The notes: generated from the sequence alone by a model not told the origin. Shown: positions 22,989 to 35,027, numbered from the whole stretch's first letter. The stretch is DNA of 63,589 bases, filler included, from Octopus bimaculoides (GCF_001194135.2; 5 parts of 5 records of this genome joined end to end with filler, not necessarily neighbours in it); one strand, 5' to 3'. Numbers and translations are program-made.

Positions 22989-23270
22989 AAATGAGCTGCA
23001 ATGTCATTGGTGCCAAGCTGTATCGGCCTTTGCCTTTCCCTTGGATAACATGAGTGGTGTAGAGTGGGGGAGGCTGGTATGCATGGGCGACTGTTGGTCT
23101 TCCATAAACAGCCTTGCCCAGATTTGTGCCTTGGAGGGTGACTTTCTAGGTGCAATCCTATGGTCATTTATGACCAAAGCAGGGTCACAACAATGTACAC
23201 ACATGTATATCAATATAGAGTCAGACATTCATGTTTATTCATCTTTCTGTGTGTCTTTCTATCATTTCAG

Positions 23271-23603
23271 ATGTTCCAGTTGTGAAATCTCAAGTAGTGA
23301 CATTCTCCATCTCTTCTTCAGCCAAAATTGGTGATTCTGCTCAGTTCTTCTGCAATGCCACCGCCACAGCAATTCAGTACAATGCTATTTTCAAGCATAA
23401 TAACGGCGACATTGCCAAAGTTTATTTACCTGGTAATGGAGGTAAAAGTCATCCCAATACTTCAGTCACTGTTTCAGGCAGCCAGGCTTACTATAAGTAT
23501 GACATCAGTTCTTTGTCTTGTTCTGTCCGAGGAATTTACATGTGTACGGTGATAACTGACAATGGTGCATTTAATAGTAACACTGTGACACTCGATGTTT
23601 TGG
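23271..23603 (+). CDS. IgSF receptor copy 2, N-terminal Ig (V/I-like) exon 'Ig1', phase 1-1
   Basis: ctttctatcatttcag|23271 and 23603|gtaagt. 333 nt, open: DVPVVKSQ...KIGDSAQFFCNA...VRGIYMCTV...VTLDVL. In phase with the 26547 exon (G+GT). Confidence 0.85.
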
Positions 23604-24394
23604 GTAAGTAGTTACCTTTATCTACTCTCACTTTTACTCCTACTCTGTTTCTCCCTCTTTCTGTCTGTCTGTTTATCTATCTGCTTTGGCATGGTTTTTA
23701 TGGCACCCAACACTTTATATTGTGTACTGGGTACTTTTCTCATACCACCAGCACTTGTGTGTTTGCCATGCAGCTTGCAAGCCTACAAAATCTGAAGGGA
23801 TTCAGGGGTTGGAGGATTTAGGCTAACAGATGGGAATTAAGGTATGAATGGTGGTAGGAAGGAGGAGGTTCTAGTAGGAGGAGAACTACATAGCTGCTCA
23901 CATTTGGGAAAGAGTGAGAAATGCATCAGAAGTAGCTGCAAAGAGATAGTGGTGGTGGTGGAGGTGTTTAGGTGGCCTCTCAAGGTATGAAGTGAGTATT
24001 AGTGGGTGTGGGGCAGAGAAACTAGGAGTGGTGGGAGTGGGAGGCAAGAACACTCATGAAGATTGGGTAGGGTTGGAGGATGAATGCAGGAGTGATGATT
24101 GTCAATGATACCTGAATTGGGGAGGTCCAGAGATGCAAGAAAAGAATGGTACAGGATAGTAATGAAGATCCAGGTGATAAGGGTGGGACAGACAGGAGAG
24201 AGATGATGTTTGGTTAGGCTACAGAAAAGTGGGGAGAGTGAGAGTTAGACATATGTCTAATGGGGTGGGGGTGAAGGAGATGAATGTGACATGTGAATGT
24301 AGAGGACAATATTAATGGATAAAAGGGTGTGGTATCGGGACGGATGAGGCTGGGTCACTGCAGTGGGGCAGAGGGTGGATGAGGTGTCCATTAG

Positions 24395-25745
24395 TGCACC
24401 TATGTAGTTCGTACAGCAATAGTGCTTCCAGAAGTCAGTTTTGCTACAATAGGAGTGTCTTAAGGACCATGTGTCACCAGCCAGCTCAGTCCTTTGTCAT
24501 TTCCTCCATGAAGTTTAGGGTCCTCAGATCAACTTTCACTATTTCATCCCATGTCTTTGTGGATCTCTCCAGCCTCATTTAGTGATCAGCGCTTCTTTAT
24601 GCAGCAATCTTCACTCATATGCATCACATGACCATACTAGTGCAGTCTTCTTTCATGCACACTATGGCTGATTCCTCTTATACCTGGTTTTTCTCTCAGC
24701 ACATTTATACTATGTCATTATTCTCTCTCATATTACACATCCAATGGAGTATACTTGCTTCATTTCTTTCCTGTATTCCCACGCCTGCTGTGTTCAAGGC
24801 CCATGTCTCATTTCCATGCTGCATTGCAGTTCTAAACCAACCATCACACAATCTGCCCTTCATTCTGTGGGAGAAGACCTTTGTTGCCAGCAGCAGTAGT
24901 TAACTCCCTGAACTATTTTCAACACATTCTTCCTTAGGCTACTCTGCACTCAGATCAACCTCCTCCCTTGCTAATTAAATCTCCCAAGTTACAAAAAAAA
25001 AACTTCAACTACTTCTAATAAGCCATCCAGGCATTCAAGAGAATCTATTTCTGGTGTCTGTAGTACTTCACTGCTCCAGTGCATTTATCACATGAAGCTT
25101 AAGTTCTCTGCTAGTCTACCACATCTCTTGTGTGCCCATAGCTTACATTGGGTATAGCATATGATGGAGTTTACATCTACACCTTTTCTGCATATTGAGC
25201 AAGACCATTCGCTGGAGGTGCCAGAGTCCTGTCTTCTTTCCTTCTTACTAAAACTTTGTCAAGTTTACGTTATGACCTCTCAGTTCCATGCCTGGAATTA
25301 CTTCTCTAATTCTCATATAGATTCAGCTACGAGACCTAGATCATCAGTGTATAGGACTTCACATGGGCAACCAGTCTTAAACTCCTCTGTGATATCTTGT
25401 GGGACTATGATAATTAAAAGATTAAGGACAGAGCCTCCAACATATATTCTAAATTTGTCACTGAAGCCATCAGTTACTTATTTCATCTTTGTACCTGGCT
25501 TCTACAACTCTCACAAACCATAAGTCAACACAGTTTCCCTACTGCCCACCAGATTACTGTATGTGGTCTCCTAGTCTTGACGTGGAGTGCTTCATGCTGT
25601 CAGCGGTAGTATCATCATCGTTGCCATTGTTTTTATATCCTTTTTCCTATGTTGGATAGGTTGTCCTAATCCGGGTCAATTCTTATTCAGAGTTTCCCCT
25701 TGTCATTTGAATACAGATAGTACAAGGGTGCTCTTCCTGTCTTTA
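24395..25745 (-). mobile_element. Decayed RTE-clade LINE reverse transcriptase
   Basis: Frameshifted minus-strand pieces: GSVLNLLIIIV..EEFKTGCPCEVLYTDDLGLVAES (YADD-like), WAHKRC, LGDLISKGGG, HGNETWALN, RNEASILHWMCN, ERRLH.YGHVMHM. Confidence 0.8.
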
Positions 25746-26546
25746 AGCCTCATCTCTTTCCATGCCACAAACTGTACAATGGCCAGGCATATATTCATGG
25801 AACATTGCAAACAAACAACATCAAATGTACAATGAGGATGAAGATACGCAACAGGTTTCTTCCAGTTTCCGTCAACCAAATCCATTCACAAAGCTTTCAT
25901 CCAACCAGGGATTTCATAGAAGACTCCTGTTTTANNNNNNNNNNTGGTGGTGGTGGTGGTGGTGGAGGTGTTTAGGTGGCCTCTCAAGGTATGAAGTGAG
26001 TATTAGTGGGGGTGGGGCAGAGAAACTAGGAGTGGTGGGAGGCGGAGGCAAGAACACTCCATTCACAAAGCTTTCATCCAACTGGGGATTTCATAGAAGA
26101 CTCCTGTTTTAGCTGCTGCAAAGTAGGATTGAACCTGAAATTATAGATGATGGGGGTGGTGTCAAGTAATAGCTGTCTTTGTTAGTTCCCTGCCACAGAA
26201 TCAACCCTTTTAGCTAAGAACCCCCTGTTAGAGTGTCAGCCCTTTTCATTAAGAACTATTTGTTGACTCCCTGGAAAGTGCATTGTAGGAGAGGGAGAGG
26301 GAAGTCTGTACTGTGTGAGTGGGAGAGGAGATGGTGTACTCTGGAGGCCATGGGGGAGTATCAGGTATTTTGATCAATAAACAAGGAGTAAAAACTTTCT
26401 TTCTTAGCTCACTGCTATATGTCAGCCGTTTTCATTAGGAACTATCTGTTGACTCCCTGAAATTGTTGATAATTCTTAACTTCCCTAACAATATTTTTTA
26501 TTGTATTTAAATGTCCCTTTTTGTTTCTATTTCTTTTTTCCTTCAG

Positions 26547-26794
26547 GTCCAGCTGGAACTCCCAGTTTAAAACCTCTTTCTTATAATCAAATTCTCAATG
26601 ACAGTGTCACCGTTTCTTGCGAGAGTAACGTTGGAAGTCCTGCACAGGAATTGAAACTTTGTGTTGGCAGTAACTGCGCTACACCAAACCCACCGGTTAA
26701 ACAGGACGATCAGTGCACTTTCAGACAAACTGCAAACCTAGCATTCCAAGTCACCAAAGCAACCATGGAGGCTACATGTAGAGTGGGGACAAGT
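26547..26794 (+). CDS. IgSF receptor copy 2, Ig2 (C2-like) exon, cut by an N gap
   Basis: ttcttttttccttcag|26547. Encodes GPAGTPSLKPLSYNQILNDSVTVSCESNVGSPAQELKLC...MEATCRVGTS. The paralogue at 1480-1701 shows the missing 3' end and donor. Confidence 0.85.
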
Positions 26795-27548
26795 NNNNNN
26801 NNNNNNNNNNNNNNNNNNNNNNNNNNNNNNNNNNNNNNNNNNNNNNNNNNNNNNNNNNNNNNNNNNNNNNNNNNNNNNNNNNNNNNNNNNNNNNNNNNNN
26901 NNNNNNNNNNNNNNNNNNNNNNNNNNNNNNNNNNNNNNNNNNNNNNNNNNNNNNNNNNNNNNNNNNNNNNNNNNNNNNNNNNNNNNNNNNNNNNNNNNNN
27001 NNNNNNNNNNNNNNNNNNNNNNNNNNNNNNNNNNNNNNNNNNNNNNNNNNNNNNNNNNNNNNNNNNNNNNNNNNNNNNNNNNNNNNNNNNNNNNNNNNNN
27101 NNNNNNNNNNNNNNNNNNNNNNNNNNNNNNNNNNNNNNNNNNNNNNNNNNNNNNNNNNNNNNNNNNNNNNNNNNNNNNNNNNNNNNNNNNNNNNNNNNNN
27201 NNNNNNNNNNNNNNNNNNNNNNNNNNNNNNNNNNNNNNNNNNNNNNNNNNNNNNNNNNNNNNNNNNNNNNNNNNNNNNNNNNNNNNNNNNNNNNNNNNNN
27301 NNNNNNNNNNNNNNNNNNNNNNNNNNNNNNNNNNNNNNNNNNNNNNNNNNNNNNNNNNNNNNNNNNNNNNNNNNNNNNNNNNNNNNNNNNNNNNNNNNNN
27401 NNNNNNNNNNNNNNNNNNNGATGGTCATCAGCATTTCATTATTTTTGTGGTTTATCAACATCATGTACTTAGACCTGGGGCAAATCAAATATGGTGTCCA
27501 TGACTATATGTAAAATGCTGTGGAAACCATCTGCTGGTATGTCTGGAC

Positions 27549-27780
27549 GAGCGACGAGCTGGCAGAATCGTTAGCACGCCTGGCGAAACGCTTAACGGTA
27601 TTTCGTCTGTCGTTACGTTCTGAGTTCAAATTCCGCCAAGCTCGACTTTGCCTTTCATCCTTTCGGGGTTGATTAAATAAGTACCAGTTATGCACTGGGA
27701 TCAATATAATCGACTTAATCCGTTTGTCTGTCTTTGTTTGTCCCCTCTGTGTATAGCCCCTTGTGGGCAGTAAAGAAATA
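27549..27780 (+). mobile_element. tRNA-derived SINE family C
   Basis: GAGCTGGCAGAATCGTTAGC head, GAGTTCAAATTCC B-box, core GCCTTTCATCCTTTCGGGGT.GAT.AA.TAAGTACCAG and tail TAAAGAAATA. Many other copies or fragments occur in the window. Confidence 0.85.
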
Positions 27781-28311
27781 GGTGTGTCTGGACAATGTAC
27801 ACATCGGAATAAATTATTGAAGACACGGTTTTCCACCTAATGCTTTTTGGAGAGTCATCTCCACTGCATCAAATCGTAGCCTACTGGCAAACAAGCAAAG
27901 CGCATATATTGAACGCATGTGTTCGATATTGTCTACAACAGTGGTGCTGCTTCTCATTCATGCATTCATCCAGGCATACCAGCAGATGATTTTTATCCCA
28001 TTTTACGTATAATCGTAGGCTGGCTGTTCAATTTGCCTCAGGTTCAGTTCAGGTAAATGATGTTGATAAGCTACAAAAGTGGTAAAACATCAATGTCCAT
28101 TGCTCTTGTATGGAACTTGGATTGAGTTGTCTCACCTGCCTGTGATTTTCAGGTGTTTTAACATCCAGTACTTTGAGAAAGTCATCTCTACTGTGCCAAA
28201 TCATAGCCAACTGGCTAGGTGTACATGTAGAAGTGTATCCCTATATTGGGATGGGTATAAGGAAGGGTATATATGCATGTAGTTTGTGTGTGTATGTATA
28301 TATATATATAT

Positions 28312-28411
28312 NNNNNNNNNNNNNNNNNNNNNNNNNNNNNNNNNNNNNNNNNNNNTTAATTAATTAANNNNNNNNNNNNNNNNNNNNNNNNNNNNNNNNN
28401 NNNNNNNNNNN
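28312..28411. other. Assembly scaffold-join spacer (44 N + TTAATTAATTAA + 44 N)
   Basis: The same 100-bp construct occurs four times in the window. Confidence 0.92.
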
Positions 28412-29666
28412 CATATTATTTTCAAATAGTAGAAAATCTTTAGCAAAGTGAAAACAGTACTTATCCAAATTTTTCCGTAATTCAAACTGAAAAACTAAGA
28501 CGTTATCTAATAGCTATAGCGTTTTAAGCAAGAGTTCGCGCGAAAATACTACGTTAAAAAAGAACGTTAAAATAGAGAATAGAATACGAAAGCATGAATG
28601 AAATAATAATACTTAAATAAATGAATGAAAAATTTAAAATTTATATAACTAACAACATAAAAAGAACAAAAAACTATAGTTATCTTATATATATATAAAT
28701 GTATATATATATATATATATATAAATGTATATATATATATGCATGTATGTATATATATATATATATATAGGGAGAGGGAGAGAGAGAGAGGGAAATTCAT
28801 GCACACACACACATAAATACGTAGAGATAGCAGTTTTATGGAGAAATATTGCATTGTTTAACCGTTTGTGAGGGCTTCATAAAAGTGAAAAATACCAGAT
28901 TTAAAACAAAAGCATATTCTAAAATGTATATAAATAGAATTAATACGAAATTACATTTGAAAACAATATCAAGTTACATATTATATAAATACGCATATAA
29001 TATGTTCAGTTTCTAAATATATTTATATATCTTTTTATTTATTTTAACATGTAGCTTCATTGTATTTTCAATCAAGTGCCACTTCGTGTTAACTGTATTG
29101 ATGCATTTGTGTTTATCTATATAAACACAAATGTACAGACACACATACATATATAGATACACACACACGCACACACACGCGTGTAAATGTCGAACGACGT
29201 GAATGAGTGTTCAACACCGCATTGGTGGATAGAATTTCTTTATTTGTGTATAAGGGCTACCATTTGTTTCATGTTTAGACAATTATCTTAACATCTTCAC
29301 AATTTTTCAAGCCGATCACATGAAGGAATAGCGTTCGTCTTTAATGAAAGGCATTTCAGTTGTATTTATCTTATCGCCTTTCAGCATTCAAGGACTACAA
29401 TAGGTCTTAGTTTTTAAGAAGCTAGTGTGTGATTTGATAGAGTTAGCTGTCATTTCTATCAAGTTGAACGACTACGTATAAGGTCACGATGTGGCTTGTG
29501 TTGTTCGAGCTGTTGAAACAATGCTTTGCGATATTTCTACCGGTGCTTTACTCTCAGAGACCAAACCCAGCAAAAATCAACTTTACCCTTTTTTTCTTCC
29601 CTTTTCGGAACCAGTGAAATATTAAGATCGATTATTACTATTCTTCTTCAGAAGACGTTTTGTTTA

Positions 29667-30105
29667 GACACAGGCATGTCTGTTTGGTTAAGAAGCTCGC
29701 TTTGCAGCTACGTGATTTCAGGTTCGGTCCCACAGTGCGGGACCTTGGGCAACTGGGCAAGTGTTTTCTACTATGGCCTTGAGCCGACAAGTATCTTATG
29801 AGTGCATTTACTAGATGGCAGCAGTGAAGCTCGTCACGCGCGCGCGCGCGCACACACACACACACACACATTTACACACATATATATATATGCGCGCGCT
29901 TGTTCATGTTTTTCCTCCAAAACCGATTGACAACCGGTGTTGGTGTGTTTACTTCCCAGTAACTTAAGCGATTCGGCAAAAATATTCGATGGAATAAGTA
30001 CCAGGCTTTAAAAGAAAAAAAAAACATATTGGGGTCGATTAATTTGACTGAAACAATTCGTCAAGCCGGTGCCCCAGCATGGCCGCAGTCTAGTGACTGA
30101 AATAA
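29667..30105 (+). mobile_element. tRNA-derived SINE family A, diverged copy
   Basis: Head, internal microsatellite and CCCCAGCATGGCCGCAGTC tail as in the family A consensus. Confidence 0.75.
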
Positions 30106-30109
30106 ACAA

Positions 30110-30545
30110 GCGTAGGAGTGGCTGTGTGGTAAGTAGCTCGCTTACCAACCACATGGTNNNNNNNNNNNNNNNNNNNNNNNNNNNNNNNNNNNNNNNNNNN
30201 NNNNNNNNNNNNNNNNNNNNNNNNNNNNNNNNNNNNNNNNNNNNNNNNNNNNNNNNNNNNNNNNNNNNNNNNNNNNNNNNNNNNNNNNNNNNNNNNNNNN
30301 NNNNNNNNNNNNNNNNNNNNNNNNNNNNNNNNNNNNNNNNNNNNNNNNNNNNNNNNNNNNNNNNNNNNNNNNNNNNNNNNNNNNNNNNNNNNNNNNNNNN
30401 NNNNNNNNNNNNNNNNNNNNNNNNNNNNNNNNNNNNNNNNNNNNNNNNNNNNNNNNNNNNNNNNNNNNNNNNNNNNNNNNNNNNNNNNNTGCTCCAGCAT
30501 GGCCGCAGTCAAATGACAAACAAATAAAAGAGTAAAAAGAGTAAA
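30110..30545 (+). mobile_element. tRNA-derived SINE family A, young copy (internal gap)
   Basis: Head GCGTAGGAGTGGCTGTGTGGTAAGTAGC and tail GCTCCAGCATGGCCGCAGTCAAATGAC...AAAAGAGTAA flank the N run. Confidence 0.8.
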
Positions 30546-30718
30546 TAAGAAATAAAAGAATCTATATGGTCTGGTTGCTGCTGTTGTCACAGATTCTTTT
30601 TACCTTGCTGCTGATGATGAAGCTATTGTTTGTTGCTGCTGATATCATGGCTACAGCTGCTGCTGTTGATGTTGCTGTTGTTACAATGATTTATTTACTG
30701 TATCAGTCGCTGATGTGT

Positions 30719-31078
30719 GGAGGCGCAATGGGCCAGTGGTTAGGGCAGCGGACTCGCGGTCATAGGATCGCGGTTTCGATTCCCAGACCGGGCGTTGTGT
30801 GAGTGTTTATTGAGCGAAAACACCTAAAAGCTCCACGAGGCTCTGGCAGTGGATGGTGGCGAACCCTGCTGTACTCTTCTACCACAACTTTCTCTCACTC
30901 TTACTTCCTGTTTCTGTTGTGCCTGTAATTCAGATGGTCAGCCTTGTTACACTGTGTCACGCTGAATATCCCGAGAACTACGTCAAGGGTACACGTGTCT
31001 GTGGAGTGCTCAGCCACTTGCACGTTAATTTCACGAGCAGGCTGTTCCGTTGATCGGATCAACTGGAACCCTGGACGG
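30719..31078 (+). mobile_element. tRNA-derived SINE family B, near full length
   Basis: Homologous to 18991-19336 and 62588-62930. Confidence 0.88.
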
Positions 31079-31104
31079 TCGCTGCTGTAGTTATTATTTC
31101 TGTT

Positions 31105-31635
31105 AAGGCGGCGAGCTGGCAGAAACGTTGGCACGCCGGACGAAATGCTTAGCAATATTTCGTATGTCATTACGTTCTGAGTTTAAATTCCGCCGAGGTC
31201 GACTTTGCCTTTCATCCTCTCGGGGTCGATAAATTAAGTACCAGTTACGTACTGGGGTCGATGTAATCGACTTAGTTCCTTTGTCTGTCCTTGTTTGTCC
31301 CCNNNNNNNNNNCTCTCGGGGTCGATAAATTAAGTACCAGTTACGTACTGGGGTCGATGTAATCGACTTAGTTCCTTTGTCTGTCCTTGTTTGTCCCCTC
31401 TATGTTTAGCTCCTTGTGGGCAATAAAGAAATAAGAAACGTTAGCTTAGCGATATTTCCTCTGTCTTTACGTTCTGAGTTCAAATTCTGCCGAGGTCGAC
31501 TTTGCCTTTCATCCTTTCGGGTCGATTGAATAGCTACCAGTTACGCACTAGGGTTGATGTAATCGACTTAATCCCTTTGTCTGTCCTTGTTTGTCCCTTC
31601 TATGTTTAACCTCCAGTGGGCAATAAAGAAATAAA
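31105..31635 (+). mobile_element. Head-to-tail stack of SINE family C copies
   Basis: One copy starts at 31105 and a second at ~31432. 31313-31397 repeats 31218-31302 exactly across a 10-N gap. Confidence 0.8.
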
Positions 31636-32034
31636 TATTTTGCCTGTCGCAAGGAGTGTTTCGAAAAAGATGGGAGTTTGTAGCACGTGTGTTGGGAGTG
31701 AATGAACCTGTTTGAGCGGGAACATAAAAGGAAAATAAAGTTTTCAGTGTGAGTATGTGGTTTGTGGGGTCGACCACGTCCTCCAGTTCATCTTTGTTAA
31801 CCATTCGTTTTTTTTTTTTTACTTCACCAGTATTCATTTTTGTAATTTTTAACGTTTATCATCACACTGTTTCTCTCATTCGATCCCCGACTCCTTGTCT
31901 GTCTATCCTTGTTTCGTCTTCTCTCCATTTATAACCTGTATGGTGAATAAAGATAAGAGTTATTATTGCTGTAATTTATTTATTTATTTATTTATTTATT
32001 ATTGCTGTTGTTATTTTAGTTCATTTATCTTTTC

Positions 32035-32225
32035 GACTTTTTTCAGTGAAAAGACTGCAACGATGCTGGGGCACCGCCTTGAAGAATTTTGGTCGGACGA
32101 ATCGGCATCCGTACTTATTGATTGTTTTTCTTTTTAAAACCCGGTGACTATTCTATCGTTTTTTATTTGCCGAACCGCTAGGTACAGGGATGTAAACACA
32201 CCAACACCAGTTGTCAAGCGGTGGT

Positions 32226-32276
<51 letters not shown>

Positions 32277-32832
32277 CATATGATTTAAAAGATCCTACCA
32301 GTTTGCGCTATTTAGCCATGGCCTGGGTCAATCTTTGGCCAAAACATAGCTATGGGATCTTTTCCTTTTCGCCTGCACATAGAAAAAATAATTTTTTGTA
32401 ACTAAACACTTTCAAAATTCGTATACTGGTAGAATGCGTCATTTAAAACATCATTTACTCTTGGCGTTTTTAAGAAAATTCTTTATTTTCGAAGTTATTT
32501 CGTGTTAAAGTCGCCGTATTTCGGTAATTTCAACCAATCAATGACGTCTATTGAGGTGAAAGCAATTACTGCTGTCTACAAGACGTTCCGGCGGTGTATA
32601 TTTAGTTTGTCACTGTTATTTCTGATATATTTACATTTGAGATACACGTGTGTATAGTTTAATCAATTCAGTTATTAGTTATTTTTTCAGTTTTCTCTAC
32701 CAAATCCACTCACAAAACCTTAGTCGGCCCGAGACTATCGTAGAAAGACAGTTGCTCAAGGAGCGACACAATGAGACCGAACCCGAGACCATGTGATAAG
32801 CAAGCAAAGATTTTACCACACGGTCACGCCTG
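32035..32832 (-). mobile_element. SINE family A split by a ~400-bp nested unrelated sequence (~32275-32684)
   Basis: The tail half (32035-32228) and head half (32685-32832) are collinear and separated at the internal microsatellite. Confidence 0.65.
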
Positions 32833-34537
32833 TTTTTGTTCATGTTGTTGCTGTTTCTACCATTTTATTATTTTTTTATTACTCTAGTTGAAGGCGCAGC
32901 TATCACTTTATTTTTTTTTTATTGCTGTTATTATTTTTATCATAGTAGTATTTGTTGTTGTTGTTGTTGTTGCTGCTGCTACTGTTGCGGCTGCTATTTT
33001 GGTTTTTGTTGTTGTTGTTGTTATTGTTGTTGCTGTTTTTGTTTTTGTTGTCGTTGCTGCTGCTACTTTTTACTATTTCCAAAATGAACAAATTACAATG
33101 GTTTTGGTTCGAGACAGACATACAACAATAAATCAATCACCTAATTCACGAGAATGGCTATATGAAGTGTAAGAACGGAGAGGAGGTGGGGTGGAAAAAG
33201 AAAGAGAGAGAGAAAAAAAAAAGAGAAAGACATAAAGAGATAAAGAGCAAAAGAAAATCGAGTTAGAAAGACAGAGGGAACTAGTGAAAAAAAAAAAAAG
33301 GAAAAAAGGTGAGAGCTATTCAATGAATAAAAAAAGATAAAGAAAATTAATGAAATCACACGTCTCACCCGCTCTTTTTCTATAAATATATCTGTGTATG
33401 TATGAACGTGTATGTAGGTATGTGTATGAGGGTATACATATATGTGTATATATATATGTATATANNNNNNNNNNNNNNNNNNNNNNNNNNNNNNNNNNNN
33501 NNNNNNNNNNNNNNNNNNNNNNNNNNNNNNNNNNNNNNNNNNNNNNNNNNNNNNNNNNNNNNNNNNNNNNNNNNNNNNNNNNNNNNNNNNNNNNNNNNNN
33601 NNNNNNNNNNNNNNNNNNNNNNNNNNNNNNNNNNNNNNNNNNNNNNNNNNNNNNNNNNNNNNNNNNNNNNNNNNNNNNNNNNNNNNNNNNNNNNNNNNNN
33701 NNNNNNNNNNNNNNNNNNNNNNNNNNNNNNNNNNNNNNNNNNNNNNNNNNNNNNNNNNNNNNNNNNNNNNNNNNNNNNNNNNNNNNNNNNNNNNNNNNNN
33801 NNNNNNNNNNNNNNNNNNNNNNNNNNNNNNNNNNNNNNNNNNNNNNNNNNNNNNNNNNNNNNNNNNNNNNNNNNNNNNNNNNNNNNNNNNNNNNNNNNNN
33901 NNNNNNNNNNNNNNNNNNNNNNNNNNNNNNNNNNNNNNNNNNNNNNNNNNNNNNNNNNNNNNNNNNNNNNNNNNNNNNNNNNNNNNNNNNNNNNNNNNNN
34001 NNNNNNNNNNNNNNNNNNNNNNNNNNNNNNNNNNNNNNNNNNNNNNNNNNNNNNNNNNNNNNNNNNNNNNNNNNNNNNNNNNNNNNNNNNNNNNNNNNNN
34101 NNNNNNNNNNNNNNNNNNNNNNNNNNNNNNNNNNNNNNNNNNNNNNNNNNNNNNNNNNNNNNNNNNNNNNNNNNNNNNNNNNNNNNNNNNNNNNNNNNNN
34201 NNNNNNNNNNNNNNNNNNNNNNNNNNNNNNNNNNNNNNNNNNNNNNNNNNNNNNNNNNNNNNNNNNNNNNNNNNNNNNNNNNNNNNNNNNNNNGGTAAAT
34301 GATTCAAAGGGTAGAGAGTAAAAGCGTTGTTAGTTGAATAACAGCAAATAACCAAAAAAAAAAAAGTATTGATAGTGAATGGTCGACATTTTGTTTGTAT
34401 TTCCCTTGTGCGCGGAAAGATCTCTCGCTTTCTCTGCCTTTCTCTCTTCCTCTTTCTCTCTCTCTCTCTCTCTCCTCTTTCATTCAAGGTGTGTGTTTGT
34501 GTTTGTGTGTGTGTCTGCTTGTAAATTATATATAATT

Positions 34538-34705
34538 GGCGCAGGTCTGGCTGTGTGGTTAAGAAGCTTGTTTCTGAATCACATGGTTCTGGGTTCAATC
34601 CTACTGCATAGCACCTTGGGCAGGTGTCTTTTACTATAGCCTCGGGTCGAATAAAGCCTTGTGAGTGGATTTGGTAGACGGAAACTGAAAGAAGCCCGTT
34701 GTTCT
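34538..34705 (+). mobile_element. SINE family A, 5' half
   Basis: GGCGCAGGTCTGGCTGTGTGG...GGAAACTGAAAGAAGCCCGT. Confidence 0.8.
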
Positions 34706-34766
34706 ATATATATATACATATATTATTTATTGTAAATGTAAAATAAAAACAAAACACAAAGGATTA

Positions 34767-34830
34767 TGCGGTACACGTGTTTCAAGCTTTATAGTTGTTG
34801 CATCATAGTATAAAGCTATCTTCAGCCGCA
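34767..34830 (-). ncRNA. Minimal type I hammerhead ribozyme motif
   Basis: Minus strand reads UGCGG-CUGAAGA-U-AGCUUUAUA-(15 nt)-UAUAAAGCU-U-GAA-ACACGUGU-A-CCGCA. Stem I is 5 bp, stem II is a perfect 9 bp, stem III is palindromic, and the triplet is GUA. Confidence 0.82.
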
Positions 34831-35027
34831 AATGTATTCTTTCCCAAGAATTATATCAAACAGAATAAGTTAAAGTAGGAAGAAACATGATAGATAAAAG
34901 GTGAGATTCTGTTTGGTATTTTCCATTGTAATATGCCCCGACCACGATCTGGTATACAAAGGTGCTAACAATTATCAAGTATTACTTCTAACATTTACTT
35001 ATATATTATTTTTATAGATAGAGTGAT

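Noticed and set aside
31313-31397. Exact 85-nt direct repeat across a 10-N gap
   Set aside because: It is most likely an unmerged contig overlap rather than a biological duplication.
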